From IMG/VR virus record IMGVR_UViG_3300028394_002011: a DNA stretch of 64,000 nt; one strand, given 5' to 3'. Positions 18,044 through 27,534 of this stretch are shown piece by piece. Numbering within the stretch: the stretch's first letter is position 1; each line of letters starts with the position of its first letter. The notes beneath the pieces are model-generated. The model was not told the DNA's origin. It searched no databases and saw only the letters and a list, made by a program, of their open reading frames with translations. This DNA comes from a virus. A program made the translations under genes and the position numbers.

Positions 18044-18837
18044 AATTTATTTTTTTAAAATCAGGAGATTATTTAGAGTTTACTCCAAGACCTACTAAGT
18101 TTGTTGGAGAGTGGTTTGATTTTTTGTTTAAAAATGGAATTGCTCACCAATTTACTAATCAAGAACAATCGTGGGCGACAACTAGCAGTGAGCAATATAT
18201 GACTGAGATCAATCAGCATATTGATATTGTAAATCATTTTTTAAGAATTTCTTTACCCGTTGTTACTGAATTTAGAAAGAATTCTAATATAAATCAAAAA
18301 TGGTTAAATGGTCTGCACAAATCGTGGGCCTATGCAACTCATCATTATAAAAATGAAATTTTTGTCATACCAAAAAATGTAAAAGAATCTTGGCAGGAGA
18401 TCAATAATCTAATACATAAAATTGAATTAAATTATATCCAAGTGTTTAAAAATTCTGTTGTTACAGAAATTCCTGAACTGGCAAACCTTAAAGTTACAAA
18501 AGAAGATTGCGAATTTGGACAATATGACTTAGTATTAAATTATGGCAATTTGGGACGCCATCAATTTAACCAATGGCAAGTTGGGAAGGATTGCATTGAT
18601 GATGAGACTAATAATTATCAAGTAGTAGGTACAAATTTTAGTTATTTCCAAGGAGTAGATTGCTACCCTCAATTGGAAGCACCGCCCGAATATGTAAAGT
18701 GGTGTAAAAAACAAAACTTAGAAATATTAGGGCCGTGGATTCCGTTTGGAAAATTTAAAATATCAGATTCGTGGACTGTCAAAGAAATAATGCACAGAAA
18801 TCTTAAAGACGACTTGGCAGTTGGATTTGAACGATGA
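18040..18837 (+). CDS. Hypothetical protein inside the radical SAM island (start probably 18040)
   Basis: ATGA overlaps at both ends; no recognised motif. Confidence 0.7.
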   Translation: MKFIFLKSGDYLEFTPRPTKFVGEWFDFLFKNGIAHQFTNQEQSWATTSSEQYMTEINQHIDIVNHFLRISLPVVTEFRKNSNINQKWLNGLHKSWAYATHHYKNEIFVIPKNVKESWQEINNLIHKIELNYIQVFKNSVVTEIPELANLKVTKEDCEFGQYDLVLNYGNLGRHQFNQWQVGKDCIDDETNNYQVVGTNFSYFQGVDCYPQLEAPPEYVKWCKKQNLEILGPWIPFGKFKISDSWTVKEIMHRNLKDDLAVGFER

Positions 18838-20045
18838 GTAAATTTATTTGCGATTTTCCGTGGATACATTTGAGCACATTTCCGCAAGGCAATTGTACTA
18901 TTTGCTGTGTGGCCGAACATACGGGGAAACTCAACGGTCATAGTTGGAACAAAACACCTGATGACAAAACACAAACTTTAACTGTTGCCAATAGTTCTAT
19001 ATCAGAAATTATTAACTGCGATAATTATAAATCTATTAGACTAGACATGCTAGAGGGCCGTATACCTCCTGCTTGCGCAGGATGCCATAAAGTAGAACAA
19101 GCAGGCGGCAAAAGTAAAAGACAAAGCGAAACCAACAGAAACTTAAATCATGCGGAACTTACTAGTGCCGATGGATCGATTGTTCCAGATTTACGTCATA
19201 TTGAATTACGTCTTGGAAATCATTGTAATTTAAAATGTCGAAGTTGTAATGCAGACTCTAGCACTAGTTGGATCCAAGATTATTACAAATTAAAAGATAC
19301 TGTTAAACTAGCGTCAGGCTATCATTGGATTAAAAATAATCCTGACTTTACATTTGACTGGGTCGATGACGAATCTTTTTACGATAAACTAATTGAAGTT
19401 GCTCCTAATTTAGAACAAATTCATATTAGTGGCGGTGAGCCGTTCCTTGTACCTACACATTTTAAATTACTTGAAAGGTTGGTAAAAGAAGGCCGTACCG
19501 ATATTGCTATACATTACCATACTAATTTAAATTATAAGTTTGAAAAAGTTAAGCCTGCATTAGACTTGTTAACTAATTTTAGAGAAGTTCATATTAGTTT
19601 TAGTATCGACGACGTTGCAGAACGTAATACATACATTAGAAGTTTAAGCGACTGGGATTTAATGATCAAAAATCTCAAATTGATTACTGAAAATTATAAA
19701 TTTATTTTCCGTATAACACAAACTATCAGTGTTTATAATTTTTTATATGTTGAAGAGCTTGAACAATATTTAAAAAATGAAGGCATTGATATTCGCATTC
19801 ATCTAAATCACGTACATAGTCCAGACTATTTGATGGCAAATGTATTGCCAAAAGAAGTAAGGCAACAAAAGATCAATTCAATTTACGGATTGATCAATGA
19901 TAAACTTTGGCAGGATTTATACGGACATTATTTTAGTCCGGAGTCAAACGGACTGTGGGACGATTTCAAACATTTTACATCAAACGTTGATTTGATTAGA
20001 AACGAATCACTAAATACTCATTTTAATAAACTAATAACATTATGA
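18834..20045 (+). CDS. Radical SAM protein with N-terminal twitch domain (RS3)
   Basis: ICDFPW...ICC...ACAGC; core CNLKCRSC; SGGEP. Confidence 0.92.
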   Translation: MSKFICDFPWIHLSTFPQGNCTICCVAEHTGKLNGHSWNKTPDDKTQTLTVANSSISEIINCDNYKSIRLDMLEGRIPPACAGCHKVEQAGGKSKRQSETNRNLNHAELTSADGSIVPDLRHIELRLGNHCNLKCRSCNADSSTSWIQDYYKLKDTVKLASGYHWIKNNPDFTFDWVDDESFYDKLIEVAPNLEQIHISGGEPFLVPTHFKLLERLVKEGRTDIAIHYHTNLNYKFEKVKPALDLLTNFREVHISFSIDDVAERNTYIRSLSDWDLMIKNLKLITENYKFIFRITQTISVYNFLYVEELEQYLKNEGIDIRIHLNHVHSPDYLMANVLPKEVRQQKINSIYGLINDKLWQDLYGHYFSPESNGLWDDFKHFTSNVDLIRNESLNTHFNKLITL

Positions 20046-21247
20046 TTCCTGAAAAATTCTGTGTGGTGCCGTGGATACATTTAAATCCAGAACCTAGCGG
20101 CGCTGTTAAACCATGCTGTGCATATTTTGATAATTCAAAACCTGCATTTCAAAATATAAAAGATTTTTCTTTAGAGGAAATTTGGAATAGCGATGATCAA
20201 AAAAATCTGAGAAAACAATTTCTAAACAATCAAACACCTCAAGGTTGTGCTACTTGCACAAAAAAAGAAGGTAGCGGCAACCACAGTTTTAGGATGGCCA
20301 TGAATGAACGATTTGCCAAACACATCGTTCCTGCTATTGAAAATACAGAACCAGACGGTCACTATGAAAATTTCAATTTGGTCTATTGGGATTTTAGATT
20401 CAGCAATGTTTGTAACTTTAAATGCAGAATGTGTGGTCCTACCTGTAGCAGTTCGTGGTATGAAGAGTCGGACAGATCTCGTCCTAAAATTATGGACAAA
20501 GACTTTTACGGACGTGACTTGATGCCGTATGTGGACCAGTCTATTAATGTTGTGGAAGAAGTTTATTTTGCAGGTGGTGAGCCGTTAATGATGCCAGAAC
20601 ACTATCAAGTATTAGATAAACTAATGGAGCACAACCGTTATGATGTGTTTTTAAGATACAACACAAATTTAAGTACTATCAAATACAAATCATATGATTT
20701 GATCAATGTTTGGAAAAAGTTTAAAAAAGTTCAACTGTTTGTGAGTCTTGACGGTTATGGTGAAAACGCAGAATACAGTAGAAGCGGTACTGACTGGCCG
20801 CGTGTTGAAGATAATCTTAAAAAATTAATCGAGCATGATATTTCTCTAGTTATATCATGTACTGTTAATATATTTAATGTGTTTCATTTACCTGATTTTA
20901 TAGATAGATTAATATCACTCAATGTCCCGCTGAAAAAGTTACTGATCAGTAATTTGATATTTCCTACACATTATCAAGTTGCAATACTTAGCGATGAATT
21001 AAAAATTAAATTAAAAGAAAAGTATACTAATCATTTAGCTATGTTGAGCGATTCAGATAGAAATATTATTGTTTCAAAATATGAACAAATCTTTTATTAT
21101 TTAGAAATGCCCGTTACCAACGATGATCAAAAATCATTTGTTAAATCAACGCTAAGATTAGATGCAAGCAGGAACGAAAACATCACAGATGTAATTCCAG
21201 AATACCAAGAATGGTTTTTTGAATTAAAAACAAAATATAATTTATAA
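20042..21247 (+). CDS. Radical SAM protein with N-terminal twitch domain (RS4)
   Basis: FCVVPW...PCC...GCATC; core CNFKCRMC; AGGEP. Confidence 0.92.
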   Translation: MIPEKFCVVPWIHLNPEPSGAVKPCCAYFDNSKPAFQNIKDFSLEEIWNSDDQKNLRKQFLNNQTPQGCATCTKKEGSGNHSFRMAMNERFAKHIVPAIENTEPDGHYENFNLVYWDFRFSNVCNFKCRMCGPTCSSSWYEESDRSRPKIMDKDFYGRDLMPYVDQSINVVEEVYFAGGEPLMMPEHYQVLDKLMEHNRYDVFLRYNTNLSTIKYKSYDLINVWKKFKKVQLFVSLDGYGENAEYSRSGTDWPRVEDNLKKLIEHDISLVISCTVNIFNVFHLPDFIDRLISLNVPLKKLLISNLIFPTHYQVAILSDELKIKLKEKYTNHLAMLSDSDRNIIVSKYEQIFYYLEMPVTNDDQKSFVKSTLRLDASRNENITDVIPEYQEWFFELKTKYNL

Positions 21248-21248
21248 T

Positions 21249-22406
21249 ATGAAAAATATTTGGTTACCCAACAATGTGTCGATGGTACACTGCGAGCTTT
21301 CTACATTTTGTAACGCCGCTTGCCCTAACTGTCCTAGATTTTTTACTGGTACTCATGTTGTGAGATCAGGTGTTACACTAGCTCAAGTAACAATAGATCA
21401 GTTTAAAAACTGGTTTGAAGAAGAATTTATTAAAAATGTAACCCAGTGGAAATTCTGCGGAACGCATGGAGATCCTATGATGGCCAAGGATGTAGTTAAG
21501 ATAATCCGTTACATCTTTGATATTAATCCGCAAACTAATATTACTGTTAATACCAACGGGGGTATACGTAATGAACAAGACTGGCAGACTCTAGGAGAAA
21601 TTTCTTCTAAACATAAATTAAAAATTGTGTTTTCAGTTGATGGATTAGAAGATACCAATCATTTATATCGTAGAAATGTAGAGTGGACTAAGCTAATGGT
21701 AAATGTACAGTCCTACATAAACTCAGGTGGATATGCTCATTGGGAGTTTTTAACTTTTAGACACAACGAACATCAGATTACAGAAGCAAAAGAATTAAGC
21801 AGACAATTAGGATTTGCAGAATTTCTTCAAAAAAGAGCTGTTGGTTTTGAACATGACGGAAATTTAACTGATATGCCTGTATTTAACGCAGATGGAGAAT
21901 ACGATTATTCGATTTTACCTCCTTTAAATTCGGAATATAGAATGTCTAAGATTAGTTTAGAAAAAATCGTCGACAGGCGCCGAGATAATCTTACAAACTA
22001 CTACAGAGAAAATATCGATAAGTTAAAAGATAACTTTGAAGAAACTGTTAGTAATTTTGAAGATACTATCGAATCTGACAATGTTACAATCAATTGCAAT
22101 TCTAAAAAAGATAAAAACAGTGAAATTTATATTAATGTTAACGGCATAGTATTCCCATGTTGTTTTATGGGGAACTCTATAGATGCATTTGATTCGCAAC
22201 CACATGCATTACAACTAAAAACTCGATTAAGAGAATACGGTGTTGATAACTTTGATTTAAATAAAAAATCAATAACTAAAATTTTAAATGAAAATCATTT
22301 AAATCAATTTGCATCTAATGATTGGGAAACTCCTAAGTGTCTTGAATTTTGCAAGAAAACTTGTGGAAATTCACATATAATAAACCGTATATATGATATT
22401 AAATAA
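21249..22406 (+). CDS. Radical SAM protein with C-terminal twitch/SPASM domain (RS5)
   Basis: Core CNAACPNC; GTHGDP; TNG; C-terminal C...G.VFPCC...CLEFCKKTC. Confidence 0.9.
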   Translation: MKNIWLPNNVSMVHCELSTFCNAACPNCPRFFTGTHVVRSGVTLAQVTIDQFKNWFEEEFIKNVTQWKFCGTHGDPMMAKDVVKIIRYIFDINPQTNITVNTNGGIRNEQDWQTLGEISSKHKLKIVFSVDGLEDTNHLYRRNVEWTKLMVNVQSYINSGGYAHWEFLTFRHNEHQITEAKELSRQLGFAEFLQKRAVGFEHDGNLTDMPVFNADGEYDYSILPPLNSEYRMSKISLEKIVDRRRDNLTNYYRENIDKLKDNFEETVSNFEDTIESDNVTINCNSKKDKNSEIYINVNGIVFPCCFMGNSIDAFDSQPHALQLKTRLREYGVDNFDLNKKSITKILNENHLNQFASNDWETPKCLEFCKKTCGNSHIINRIYDIK

Positions 22407-22998
22407 TTTTAAATTACTTGACGATACATGTATTAATAAAATATATAGTAATTGTATTTGGACATTTGATATTATCACCAATATTGATGTATCTGAGCAG
22501 TTGTTCATTTCTGAGTATCAACCTCTGAATAGCTTACTTCCAATTGGTGGTCGAAAAAACTATATAAAAAAATCGTCTGATATTCTCGACACGTTTATTA
22601 ACACGTTAAATGATTTAGTATTTTTAAAAACACAAGAGCTAGTATTCTCGGAAAAAATGAAAGGAACATTCCAATCAAGATGGCCGATTGAAGAAGAGCA
22701 ATTCAACCATAATATGTTTGCAATGACGCATATATTTAAAGATCCGCCAAACTTTAGTATGGGTAAGCATTTAGATAATCAAAGAGTTGTAGGAAACGCT
22801 ATTGTTAATCTTATAGATAATTCCAGTACTACTGAATTTTTTGACTATAGAGATCCAGATAAAGTTATTTTTTCAACTATTGGAGCCAGAAATACTGGAG
22901 TATTGTTTTTAAATACACCTGCCGCTTTACACCACATCAAAAATAAAAATGCAGATCGTTACATTGCTAATTCTTCTATAATGATAAAAAAATGGTAA
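22393..22998 (+). CDS. Putative 2OG-Fe(II) oxygenase-like protein
   Basis: HLD (HxD)...LHH...R in a beta-rich C-terminal half. Confidence 0.55.
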   Translation: MILNNFKLLDDTCINKIYSNCIWTFDIITNIDVSEQLFISEYQPLNSLLPIGGRKNYIKKSSDILDTFINTLNDLVFLKTQELVFSEKMKGTFQSRWPIEEEQFNHNMFAMTHIFKDPPNFSMGKHLDNQRVVGNAIVNLIDNSSTTEFFDYRDPDKVIFSTIGARNTGVLFLNTPAALHHIKNKNADRYIANSSIMIKKW

Positions 22999-24179
22999 CT
23001 AAATCTAAAACTTTTTGCCTGCATCCCTTTACCCATTTGGAAATAGCAAACTCTGGAGAAATTGCACCGTGTTGTAGTTTTGATCGGTACTACAAGTTAG
23101 ACAACGGCAATACGGCAACAATAGCAGATTCTTTTGACAGCATTATTAATAGTCAACATTCATTAGAGTTAAAAAAAGCATTACTCAACGATGAGCAACA
23201 TCCAGGGTGCCGAAGATGTTGGGAAGATGAAGCGGCTGGACGAGCCAGTCAACGACAACGATATACTCGACGTTACATGGAATATCAGGATCAATTTACT
23301 AATTATGATCAATTTAAATTATTATCTTTTGATTTAAAATTAGGAAACACTTGTAATCAGATGTGTGTGATATGTCATCCTGGTAACAGCTCTATGCTGG
23401 TAAACGAATATAAGGTATTATTTCCGCATAGACGAGCCAATTACATTGGATTAGATTGGTATAGATTTTCTGAAAATATGGAAAAGATTGAAAAAGAATT
23501 AGACACAATTTTGCATATTGATTTTTTTGGTGGCGAACCTTGGCTAATTAAGCAACAATGGGAAATTCTTCAAAAGTTAATTAAGATAGGTCGCAGTCGC
23601 GAAGTAACATTAAATTATGCGACTAACGGAAGTATTTTTAGCGAAGAATATTTTGATATTTTTTCTAAATTCAAAAAAGTTAGTATATTGTTTAGTGCTG
23701 ACGGAATTGAAGATACTTTTGAATATAATAGATATCCCGGTAAATGGGATGTTTTTAAAAATAATTTGCAAAAAAGTTTAAGCTATGCAAATCCAAATCT
23801 ATCAATTAATATTAGTTATACTGTGAGTATGTATAGTATCTTCAATGTTATTGAAAGTTTGGAATATTATTCTTCAATATCGAATGAAACTAACAATTTA
23901 AAAGTTTGGTTTAATCTAGTCAATGATGAAGAATATGCAATAAAAAATTTACCTAACGAATTTAAAGAACTGTTGATAAAAAAAATAACACAACATATAA
24001 ATGTTGACTGGCCATTGTTAGATAAAAATAGTTTACAGTCTCTTATTTACGAATTACAAAAATCAAACGACGAATCTAAATGGAAACGATTTAAAAAAAT
24101 TACCAGTGATCGCGACCATCTTCGATCCCAGTCAATATCAACTATAATACCAGAACTATCATGGATCAGCACACATTAG
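22992..24179 (+). CDS. Radical SAM protein with N-terminal twitch domain (RS6)
   Basis: FCLHPF...PCC...GCRRCW; core CNQMCVIC; FGGEP; TNG. Confidence 0.92.
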   Translation: MVTKSKTFCLHPFTHLEIANSGEIAPCCSFDRYYKLDNGNTATIADSFDSIINSQHSLELKKALLNDEQHPGCRRCWEDEAAGRASQRQRYTRRYMEYQDQFTNYDQFKLLSFDLKLGNTCNQMCVICHPGNSSMLVNEYKVLFPHRRANYIGLDWYRFSENMEKIEKELDTILHIDFFGGEPWLIKQQWEILQKLIKIGRSREVTLNYATNGSIFSEEYFDIFSKFKKVSILFSADGIEDTFEYNRYPGKWDVFKNNLQKSLSYANPNLSINISYTVSMYSIFNVIESLEYYSSISNETNNLKVWFNLVNDEEYAIKNLPNEFKELLIKKITQHINVDWPLLDKNSLQSLIYELQKSNDESKWKRFKKITSDRDHLRSQSISTIIPELSWISTH

Positions 24180-24877
24180 AAAAATTAACTGATTTTGCAA
24201 GCCCTTTGTCTGACAATTGCGATTTGGCATTCACTGTGGAAATGTTAAAATTATACAAAACAAAATCTATTTTGGAATTGGGGGCTGGTAACGGAGATTG
24301 GATACGATTTATAGCTAATGCGTTGCAAGACAATGATATTTCGTTTATTGGTTACGAAGACTTTAGATGGAAGATGAATAACTCTTGGGAAACAACCATA
24401 TTGGATTTAAACAAGTTAATACATGATTCGCTATCTAGCATGAAACTTAATAATCAAGTTTTTTTAAAAAATGCTGATATTACAAAAATTGATGCGACAA
24501 CAGAATATAGCGGCCAATTGTTTGATGTAGTAAGACTGGATTGTTTGGCAACCGATGAATCTGATATTGTAAAGGTAATTAGCAATATCTTGCCATACAC
24601 TCATGATAATACAATTTTTTTAGTAGACGATATCGCTGTCAATTATTGCCCTAATAGATTTTTGGCAATGATGCACCTTTCACAAGCAAATATGCTAAAA
24701 CCGTTATGGTTTGGATCTAAGGAAGGTGCATGGGTCAAACCCAATTTTAATTTTGAAAATTTCAAATCAGCAATGGAAAACAAACTTGATACGCATTGGT
24801 ATACTGGCGATTTTTATCAATACAAATTACTAGGACAGCAGTATACTTTTATAACTACACGAATGAATCATAGATAA
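24161..24877 (+). CDS. Class I SAM-dependent methyltransferase-like protein
   Basis: ILELGAGNG (motif I), FDVVRLD, FLVDD. Confidence 0.75.
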   Translation: MDQHTLEKLTDFASPLSDNCDLAFTVEMLKLYKTKSILELGAGNGDWIRFIANALQDNDISFIGYEDFRWKMNNSWETTILDLNKLIHDSLSSMKLNNQVFLKNADITKIDATTEYSGQLFDVVRLDCLATDESDIVKVISNILPYTHDNTIFLVDDIAVNYCPNRFLAMMHLSQANMLKPLWFGSKEGAWVKPNFNFENFKSAMENKLDTHWYTGDFYQYKLLGQQYTFITTRMNHR

Positions 24878-24880
24878 TTG

Positions 24881-24898
24881 TGTTGTAAATTTACAACA
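24881..24898. repeat. Perfect 18-bp palindrome at the right edge of the radical SAM island
   Basis: TGTTGTAAA-TTTACAACA. Confidence 0.85.
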
Positions 24899-24909
24899 TC
24901 AAAAAGTAG

Positions 24910-24938
24910 TTGACATACTGTCGTCTCGATGCTATAAT
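24910..24938 (+). promoter_or_regulatory. Consensus sigma70-type promoter
   Basis: TTGACA-17 nt-TATAAT; SD AGGAG follows. Confidence 0.9.
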
Positions 24939-24968
24939 ATATACATTGTTAAACAAACAGGAGCAGAA

Positions 24969-26165
24969 ATGGCTACTAAAGCACCAGCAACAAAAACCCG
25001 TATAACCAAAAAGCAAGTGATTGCTCACCGCACCAAGGCGGTTAAGGACTACAGCCCAACTTGGGACGGTTGCGAAACTATGGATGCTGATCAGTTCATG
25101 CGCCACTTTCATAGTGCTATGGGCTATTACCGTTTGGAATTTAGCGGCAAAGATTTGAAACCTGCTGTAATCAAATGGATGACAAGTATTAATTGCACTA
25201 AAGAAGACATTGCCGCGTTTAAGCGAACCAAAGATAGTCGTTGTAATGTTACAATGGGTGCCATTGCAAGTTGTCTACTTCGTGGTATGCCTGCTGTTCG
25301 TGAAGATTTTAACAAAGGCCGAGACACTACAGTTTGGTTGCGTAACGAAATTGTACAAATTGTTGCACAAGGTAAAGACGATATTGACGAAGAAGCAGTT
25401 GTTGAAGTAAAGCCTACTGTGGCACAACCCACTATTCAAGAGCGTGTCAAAGAATCTGCCTTGCGTATGACTGAAGAAATTGAAGACGCCATCGAAGGTT
25501 TCCACGTAGATCCAGAAAACTTTGATCCAAAAGCATTTAAGATGCTTAACTTGCTCAAGGGTAAAGAAGTTAAAGCGGCACATGCTAGAATCATTAAAAC
25601 CCTCTACAGCAGGGATTTAGCTGAGCTCGAAGAGTTGGCTAGCGGTAAAGCAGACGAACAGCTTAAAGAGGGCTATAGTCACCGTAGCAAAAAACAAATT
25701 AAGAATTTGATTGCTTTTTATCAAGAAATTATGAGTGCATGTGATATGCTTGCTCAAGAAGCCAAAGTTAATCGTGCTCCACGTAAAACTAAGGCAGTTC
25801 CAAAAGAGAAGTTAGTTGCTAAACTCAAGTACATGAAGTCAAACGAACCTCTTAAACTTGTAAGTATTAATCCCACTGACATCATCGGCGCTGGCGAGCT
25901 GTGGATTTTCAACACAAAAACCCGCAAGTTAGGCAAGTATGTAGCCGCAGAGTTTAACACATTAAATGTCAAAGGTACTACAATTACCAACTTTAACGAG
26001 TTTACCAGTATCCAAAAAACTATCCGTAAGCCCGAGGAAAAGCTCAAAGAGTTTAAGGCGGCAGGTAAGGTACAGTTGCGTAAATTCTTAGACGACATTA
26101 ACGCTACGGATACCAAATTAAACGGCCGTATTAACGAAGATACCATCCTGCTTAAGGTAGCATAA
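24969..26165 (+). CDS. Hypothetical phage protein, basic N- and C-termini
   Basis: 398 aa ORF with own promoter and SD. Confidence 0.85.
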   Translation: MATKAPATKTRITKKQVIAHRTKAVKDYSPTWDGCETMDADQFMRHFHSAMGYYRLEFSGKDLKPAVIKWMTSINCTKEDIAAFKRTKDSRCNVTMGAIASCLLRGMPAVREDFNKGRDTTVWLRNEIVQIVAQGKDDIDEEAVVEVKPTVAQPTIQERVKESALRMTEEIEDAIEGFHVDPENFDPKAFKMLNLLKGKEVKAAHARIIKTLYSRDLAELEELASGKADEQLKEGYSHRSKKQIKNLIAFYQEIMSACDMLAQEAKVNRAPRKTKAVPKEKLVAKLKYMKSNEPLKLVSINPTDIIGAGELWIFNTKTRKLGKYVAAEFNTLNVKGTTITNFNEFTSIQKTIRKPEEKLKEFKAAGKVQLRKFLDDINATDTKLNGRINEDTILLKVA

Positions 26166-26180
26166 TTTGGTAGTTTATTG

Positions 26181-26218
26181 ATGGAGTCTCTGATAAATAT
26201 TAGATAAAGAGACTCCAT
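26181..26218 (+). promoter_or_regulatory. Late promoter core TAAATA inside an 11-bp inverted repeat next to the start codon
   Basis: ATGGAGTCTCT...AGAGACTCCAT; TAAATA at 26194-26199; ATG at 26220. Confidence 0.7.
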
Positions 26219-26219
26219 T

Positions 26220-27431
26220 ATGACAACACAACAATTAACCGTACGAAACGATAGATTATGGGCAGATAGTAACCTAGATCTGTCTGCTGATCATGCTTAC
26301 AAAATTGATAACACTCCAGTATTATCAGCTACCGAGCTTGGCCTTACTGTTACTAAAAGTAATTTAAGAGAAATTGGTACTCTAAAAAGTTTAGAAGTAT
26401 CGGGCACTACAACTCTAGCAGAATTTGCACATTTTAATAGTACAAACGGACGATTAGGTCTAGGAACCTTAGACGCTAATGCCAGCATTAGTATTTTAGA
26501 TAACGATGTTGAAATCGCCATTGGCAGTCCGGAGCCTGGCATTGCACACTTTGGAACATATTCAACTAGTGATGTTGCTATTATTTCTGATAATATTCCA
26601 CGTATACTTGTAAAAAGCAACGGCGAAGTAATTATCGGTAGCGAAGCAGGAAAAACTGGTGTGTTGCGAGTGCATGGATCCTTGCATGTTGACAATTTTG
26701 TTGCCGATACTCGACTTGAACGCAATAGTCCTTTAGAATTTAAAGCCAACAGAGATGGCAGTATTTACGGATTAGGTTTAATTTGGTCTGCAGATCGTAT
26801 TACTCGTCAGTTGATCATGCGTGATGGTCCTGATAGATTATGGGCTAGCACATCCATAGACTTGGATGAGCATCAAACATATTATATAAATGGCAGATCT
26901 GTTCTAAGTGCAACTAGTTTAGGTTCTAGTGTTGTTAACAGTAACTTGGTTACTGTGGGTCCATTACAATCACTAACGGTTACCGGCGACGTAGAAATAC
27001 AAGGCAACTTAACAGCTGGTCAAAGTAATGTTACTTTAAAATCATTGTTTATCAACAACGGTGTTGAAAATGTATTGTTTGACGAAACAGGCACAAATAG
27101 CAATAAAAATTACAGAATTGCCGTTAACCAAGAAGATGTATTCTACGGTAGCAATGATGAAATCATTATTGGTAATCCAAACTTTGCTCGCAGGGCTGTT
27201 AAAGTATTTGGTCCAATATCCACTACTTCAGATTTAACTGTTGACGGTGCTGTTAGTTTAAACAATAAGAAATTTACCAAAGGTAACAATGCACCAACTG
27301 AAGGACAATGTACCAAAGGTGACATTCATTGGAATGAAAATCCAGTCGAAAGCGGTTACATTGGTTGGGTGTGTATTTCGTCTGGTACGCCTGGACAATG
27401 GTTACCGTTTGGTGCTATTGCTCGTCAATAA
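26220..27431 (+). CDS. Probable virion structural or fibre-like protein
   Basis: Repeated S(N)L(R/V)x(I/V)G.L.SL.V.G motifs; C-terminal KGDI.WN..P...GY.GWVC...GTPG.W.PFG; late promoter. Confidence 0.7.
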   Translation: MTTQQLTVRNDRLWADSNLDLSADHAYKIDNTPVLSATELGLTVTKSNLREIGTLKSLEVSGTTTLAEFAHFNSTNGRLGLGTLDANASISILDNDVEIAIGSPEPGIAHFGTYSTSDVAIISDNIPRILVKSNGEVIIGSEAGKTGVLRVHGSLHVDNFVADTRLERNSPLEFKANRDGSIYGLGLIWSADRITRQLIMRDGPDRLWASTSIDLDEHQTYYINGRSVLSATSLGSSVVNSNLVTVGPLQSLTVTGDVEIQGNLTAGQSNVTLKSLFINNGVENVLFDETGTNSNKNYRIAVNQEDVFYGSNDEIIIGNPNFARRAVKVFGPISTTSDLTVDGAVSLNNKKFTKGNNAPTEGQCTKGDIHWNENPVESGYIGWVCISSGTPGQWLPFGAIARQ

Positions 27432-27433
27432 AC

Positions 27434-27461
27434 TTGACCTTGTTGTATAAAAGTATATAAT
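27434..27461 (+). promoter_or_regulatory. Sigma70-type promoter for queD
   Basis: TTGACC-16 nt-TATAAT. Confidence 0.75.
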
Positions 27462-27468
27462 TACTATA

Positions 27469-27528
27469 TGCGGACTTAGGCATTCATCCCGCAATATAAA
27501 CTCTGCATGTCATTGCTTAATCAAGGAG
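27469..27528 (+). ncRNA. Candidate structured 5' leader resembling a preQ1 class I aptamer
   Basis: P1 TGCGG/CCGCA, C immediately 5' of the 3' strand, A-rich tail ATATAAA then CTCT that can pair with SD GGAG. Confidence 0.35.
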
Positions 27529-27534
27529 ATTACA

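Noticed and set aside
15384-24179. Island radical SAM genes as QueE partners of QueD
   Set aside because: They are about 400-450 aa with twitch domains, unlike the short QueE; folE, queC and queE are not visible in this window.
25127-26218. Several 100-154 aa minus-strand ORFs
   Set aside because: Antisense shadows of the promoter- and SD-supported 24969..26165 gene.
27468-27479. Three-codon uORF (ATG CGG ACT TAG) in the queD leader
   Set aside because: Too short to support; overlaps the P1 stem, which explains the sequence better. Not fully excluded as a leaderless uORF.
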